DNA from: a bacterium
Lineage (GTDB): Bacteria > SAR324 > NAC60-12
Direction: 5' to 3'
NCBI GenBank assembly: GCA_965205865.1
Contig: CBDBHR010000003.1
Span: forward strand, 1-64,000
DNA: 64,000 nucleotides
Within the stretch, counting starts at the first letter, position 1. Each line of letters starts with the position of its first letter. Below the pieces are notes generated by a model, which saw only the letters and a program-made list of their open reading frames with translations, was not told the DNA's origin and did no database searches. Made by a program: the position numbers and the translations under genes. Positions 61,158-64,000 of the stretch are shown piece by piece.

Positions 61158-64000
61158 ATGTCTTTGAGAAGCTTCCATCCGGTAGTGAGACAATGGTTTA
61201 CTGAGAATTTTTCCAGTCCTTCTGAAATCCAGTCTTTGGCGTGGCCAAAAATTTTAAAAAAGAAGGACGTCCTGATGTCGGCGCCAACTGGATCCGGAAA
61301 AACACTCGCTGCCTTCCTGTCGGTGATTAATAACCTCTTCGAACATAGTCTGGAAGGCACCCTGGAGGAGAAAACTCAGGTTGTCTATGTATCTCCTTTG
61401 AAGGCTCTCAGTAACGACATTCATCGCAATCTCCAGCTTCCCCTCGAGGGCATAAAAGCCGTTCTGGCAAAAAAGGGTTACCTCGACGGAGACATTCGCG
61501 CGATGGTCCGGACGGGCGATACTCCCAGCCGGGAACGGATTAGAATGACCAAGACACCACCTCATATCCTGGTGACCACTCCGGAATCCCTCTATCTTCT
61601 CCTCACAAACAAGCGTGGCAGGGAGATGCTCAGTGATGTGAATACGCTGATCGTTGACGAGATCCATGCAATTGCCGGGAACAAGCGCGGCGCCCACCTG
61701 TCACTCTCCGTTGAAAGACTGGCGCGTCTCAGCCGGAATTCGCTCCACCGGATCGGTATCTCCGCCACTCAGAAACCCATTGAGCGGATGGCCGATTTTC
61801 TCACCGGAGGCGTAAACAACTGTGAAATCCTGAACGTCGGCCATCGACGTAAATTGGAGCTTGAAATCGAGCTTCCGGGGTCTCCACTCAGTGCGGTAAT
61901 GGCAAATGAAGTCTGGGAAGAAATCCACGAGAAGCTGGAAAATACAATTTATGAACATCAGACCACCTTGATTTTCGTCCCCACTCGCGCGATGGCGGAG
62001 CGCTTATCGCATCATCTGACCGCAAGGTTGGGGCCCGAATTCGTTACGGCGCACCACGGAAGCATGTCCAGAGAAAAACGCCTGAATGCAGAGACGAAGC
62101 TCAAGTTTGGAGAACTGAGAGCACTGGTGGCGACAGGCTCTCTTGAATTGGGAATTGATGTGGGTTCTATCGATTTGGTAGTTCAGATCGGTTCCCCCAA
62201 GTCCATTGCCTCCCTGCTTCAGCGTGTGGGCCGTTCCGGTCATACGCTGGCAGGAATCCCAAGGGGAAAGCTCTACCCATTGACCAAAGACGAACTGATT
62301 GAAGCGGTCGCGCTACTGGACAGTGTGCGCAGGGGTGAATTGGACAACCTCCCCGTTCAGGAGAAACCGCTCGATGTCCTTGCCCAGCAGATTGTCGCGG
62401 AGGTCTCCTGTGAAGACTATACCAAAGACGCGCTCTATGACCTCGTCCGCAGGTCGTATATCTATCGAAATTTAAGCGAGAAAGAATACCATAGTGTCAT
62501 CCAGATGTTGGTTGACGGGTTTACATTCAGGAGAGGAATGAGAAGGTCATACCTCTATTTCAATCCGGTCACTGGCATCCTCAAGGCAAAAAAAGGCGCA
62601 TGTCTTATCGCCACGATTTCGGGAGGAACCATCCCCGACCAATTTGACTACGATGTGCGTCTCGAACCATCGGGAGTACAGATTGGCGCCGTCCACGAAG
62701 ATTTCGCAGTTGAAAGTATCCCTGGAGACATCTTTCAGTTGGGCAACACTTCTTGGCGGATACTCAAGGTGGAGACGGGAAAAGTCCGTGTCGAGGACGC
62801 GGAAGGCTTGCCCCCAACAATGCCCTTCTGGCTTGGTGAGGCCCCCGGCAGGTCCGCCGAACTGTCTGCGTCGATATCCCGTATCCGAGAAGAAGTCTCC
62901 ACACGAGTAAACCTGGATAATCTGGGTGACGATGCGTCGCAAGAATGGAAGCGGGATGCCGTCGCCTGGCTCTGCGAGCAGGTCGGTACCAGTGAGGAAT
63001 CCGCGGATCAGGTCGTCACCTACCTGGCCGCTTCAAAGGCGTGCCTTGGGCGAGTACCAACGCAGAATCACATCGTCTTTGAGCGTTTTTTCGACGTAGT
63101 GGGGGACATGCACCTTGTCATTCATTCGGTTTTCGGCAGCCGGTTGAATAGAGCTTGGGGTCTTGCCCTTCGAAAAAGATTCTGCCGCAAATTCAACTTC
63201 GAGTTGCAGGCGGCGGCCAATGAGGACAGTCTGGTCTTGTCCCTGGGGGAGACTCACAGCTTCCCGTTGGATGGAGTGATAAACTACTTGAATGCCCACA
63301 CGGTCCGCGAGATTCTCGTGCAAGCCATCCTGGACGCGCCCATGTTCCAGGTACGCTGGCGTTGGAACGCATCTACGGCACTGGCCGTGTTGAGACGAAG
63401 GGGCGGAGACCGGATTCCCCCTCAAATCCAGCGCTCAGATGCAGAGGACTTGCTTTCCCTGATATTCCCGGACCAGTTGGCTTGCCTGGAAAATATACCG
63501 GGAGACCGTGAAGTGCCGGACCATCCTCTGGTCAATCAGACCATTCACGACTGCCTCCATGAGGCCATGGACATTGATGAACTAGAAAGTCTTTTCAGCC
63601 GAATTCAAATAGGTGAAGTCGAAGTGTCGTTCCGGGATTTACGAGAACCCTCCCCATTGTCTGAAAGCATTCTCAACGCGAGACCGTATACCTTTCTGGA
63701 TGGCGCGCCCTTGGAAGAACGTCGAGTCCAGGCAGTCAGAACCCGTCGCTGGCTTGAACCCCAAGACGCCAGGAACTTGGGTAAACTGGAGAAAGGCGCG
63801 ATTCAAGCAGTGAAGCAGGAAGCCTGGCCGGTTGTCAGTGACGCGGATGAACTATACGACGTCCTGGTCATGCATGGATTTTTGACAGATAGGGAATGCT
63901 TGCAAAGTGAAGGCGGCGCCTGGCTTCCTTTTCTGGCATCACTCTTGGCGTCCAAACAGACGGTGTCCATAGACTTGAAAGACGATCTCGAGCTCTGGAT
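61158..64000 (+). CDS. lhr: Lhr family DEAD/H helicase (runs off the window; missing from the ORF track)
   Basis: Read manually: [59 protein letters not shown]. Confidence 0.93.
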   Translation, partial: MSLRSFHPVVRQWFTENFSSPSEIQSLAWPKILKKKDVLMSAPTGSGKTLAAFLSVINNLFEHSLEGTLEEKTQVVYVSPLKALSNDIHRNLQLPLEGIKAVLAKKGYLDGDIRAMVRTGDTPSRERIRMTKTPPHILVTTPESLYLLLTNKRGREMLSDVNTLIVDEIHAIAGNKRGAHLSLSVERLARLSRNSLHRIGISATQKPIERMADFLTGGVNNCEILNVGHRRKLELEIELPGSPLSAVMANEVWEEIHEKLENTIYEHQTTLIFVPTRAMAERLSHHLTARLGPEFVTAHHGSMSREKRLNAETKLKFGELRALVATGSLELGIDVGSIDLVVQIGSPKSIASLLQRVGRSGHTLAGIPRGKLYPLTKDELIEAVALLDSVRRGELDNLPVQEKPLDVLAQQIVAEVSCEDYTKDALYDLVRRSYIYRNLSEKEYHSVIQMLVDGFTFRRGMRRSYLYFNPVTGILKAKKGACLIATISGGTIPDQFDYDVRLEPSGVQIGAVHEDFAVESIPGDIFQLGNTSWRILKVETGKVRVEDAEGLPPTMPFWLGEAPGRSAELSASISRIREEVSTRVNLDNLGDDASQEWKRDAVAWLCEQVGTSEESADQVVTYLAASKACLGRVPTQNHIVFERFFDVVGDMHLVIHSVFGSRLNRAWGLALRKRFCRKFNFELQAAANEDSLVLSLGETHSFPLDGVINYLNAHTVREILVQAILDAPMFQVRWRWNASTALAVLRRRGGDRIPPQIQRSDAEDLLSLIFPDQLACLENIPGDREVPDHPLVNQTIHDCLHEAMDIDELESLFSRIQIGEVEVSFRDLREPSPLSESILNARPYTFLDGAPLEERRVQAVRTRRWLEPQDARNLGKLEKGAIQAVKQEAWPVVSDADELYDVLVMHGFLTDRECLQSEGGAWLPFLASLLASKQTVSIDLKDDLELW

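Noticed and set aside
61106-63425. Series of minus-strand ORFs
   Set aside because: Antisense shadows of lhr

Overview
Bacterial window (gene content suggests a Deltaproteobacteria/SAR324-like organism; inference only). Four parts: (1) 1-30.3 kb is an accessory, heavily rearranged region with a hicAB integron-type cassette and its attC site, three copies of a PhyH-like dioxygenase gene, a lexA-imuA-imuB-dnaE2 mutagenesis cassette, IS1595 and IS630 elements, a duplicated sigma-54 regulator module, many MITE/REP-like palindromes and gene fragments. (2) 30.6-46.4 kb is core genome (recN, aroC, PBP1A, yajC-secD-secF, tyrA, kdsB). (3) 46.5-56.1 kb is a defence island bounded by two TA-flanked elements. 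It holds a PIN-like gene and a type III-like R-M pair (res, mod) with five cargo genes between them: two TIR genes, a 3-TM membrane protein, and an HxH protein/DUF1828-like pair. This is the best candidate for an undescribed system. (4) 56-64 kb has an SDR, a complete IS1380, ftsL-ftsI (ftsI frameshifted by a 4-bp duplication) and an Lhr helicase running off the end. Several single-base lesions and one interleaved IS630 stretch may be assembly artefacts. All family assignments are from motif recognition; no searches were run.
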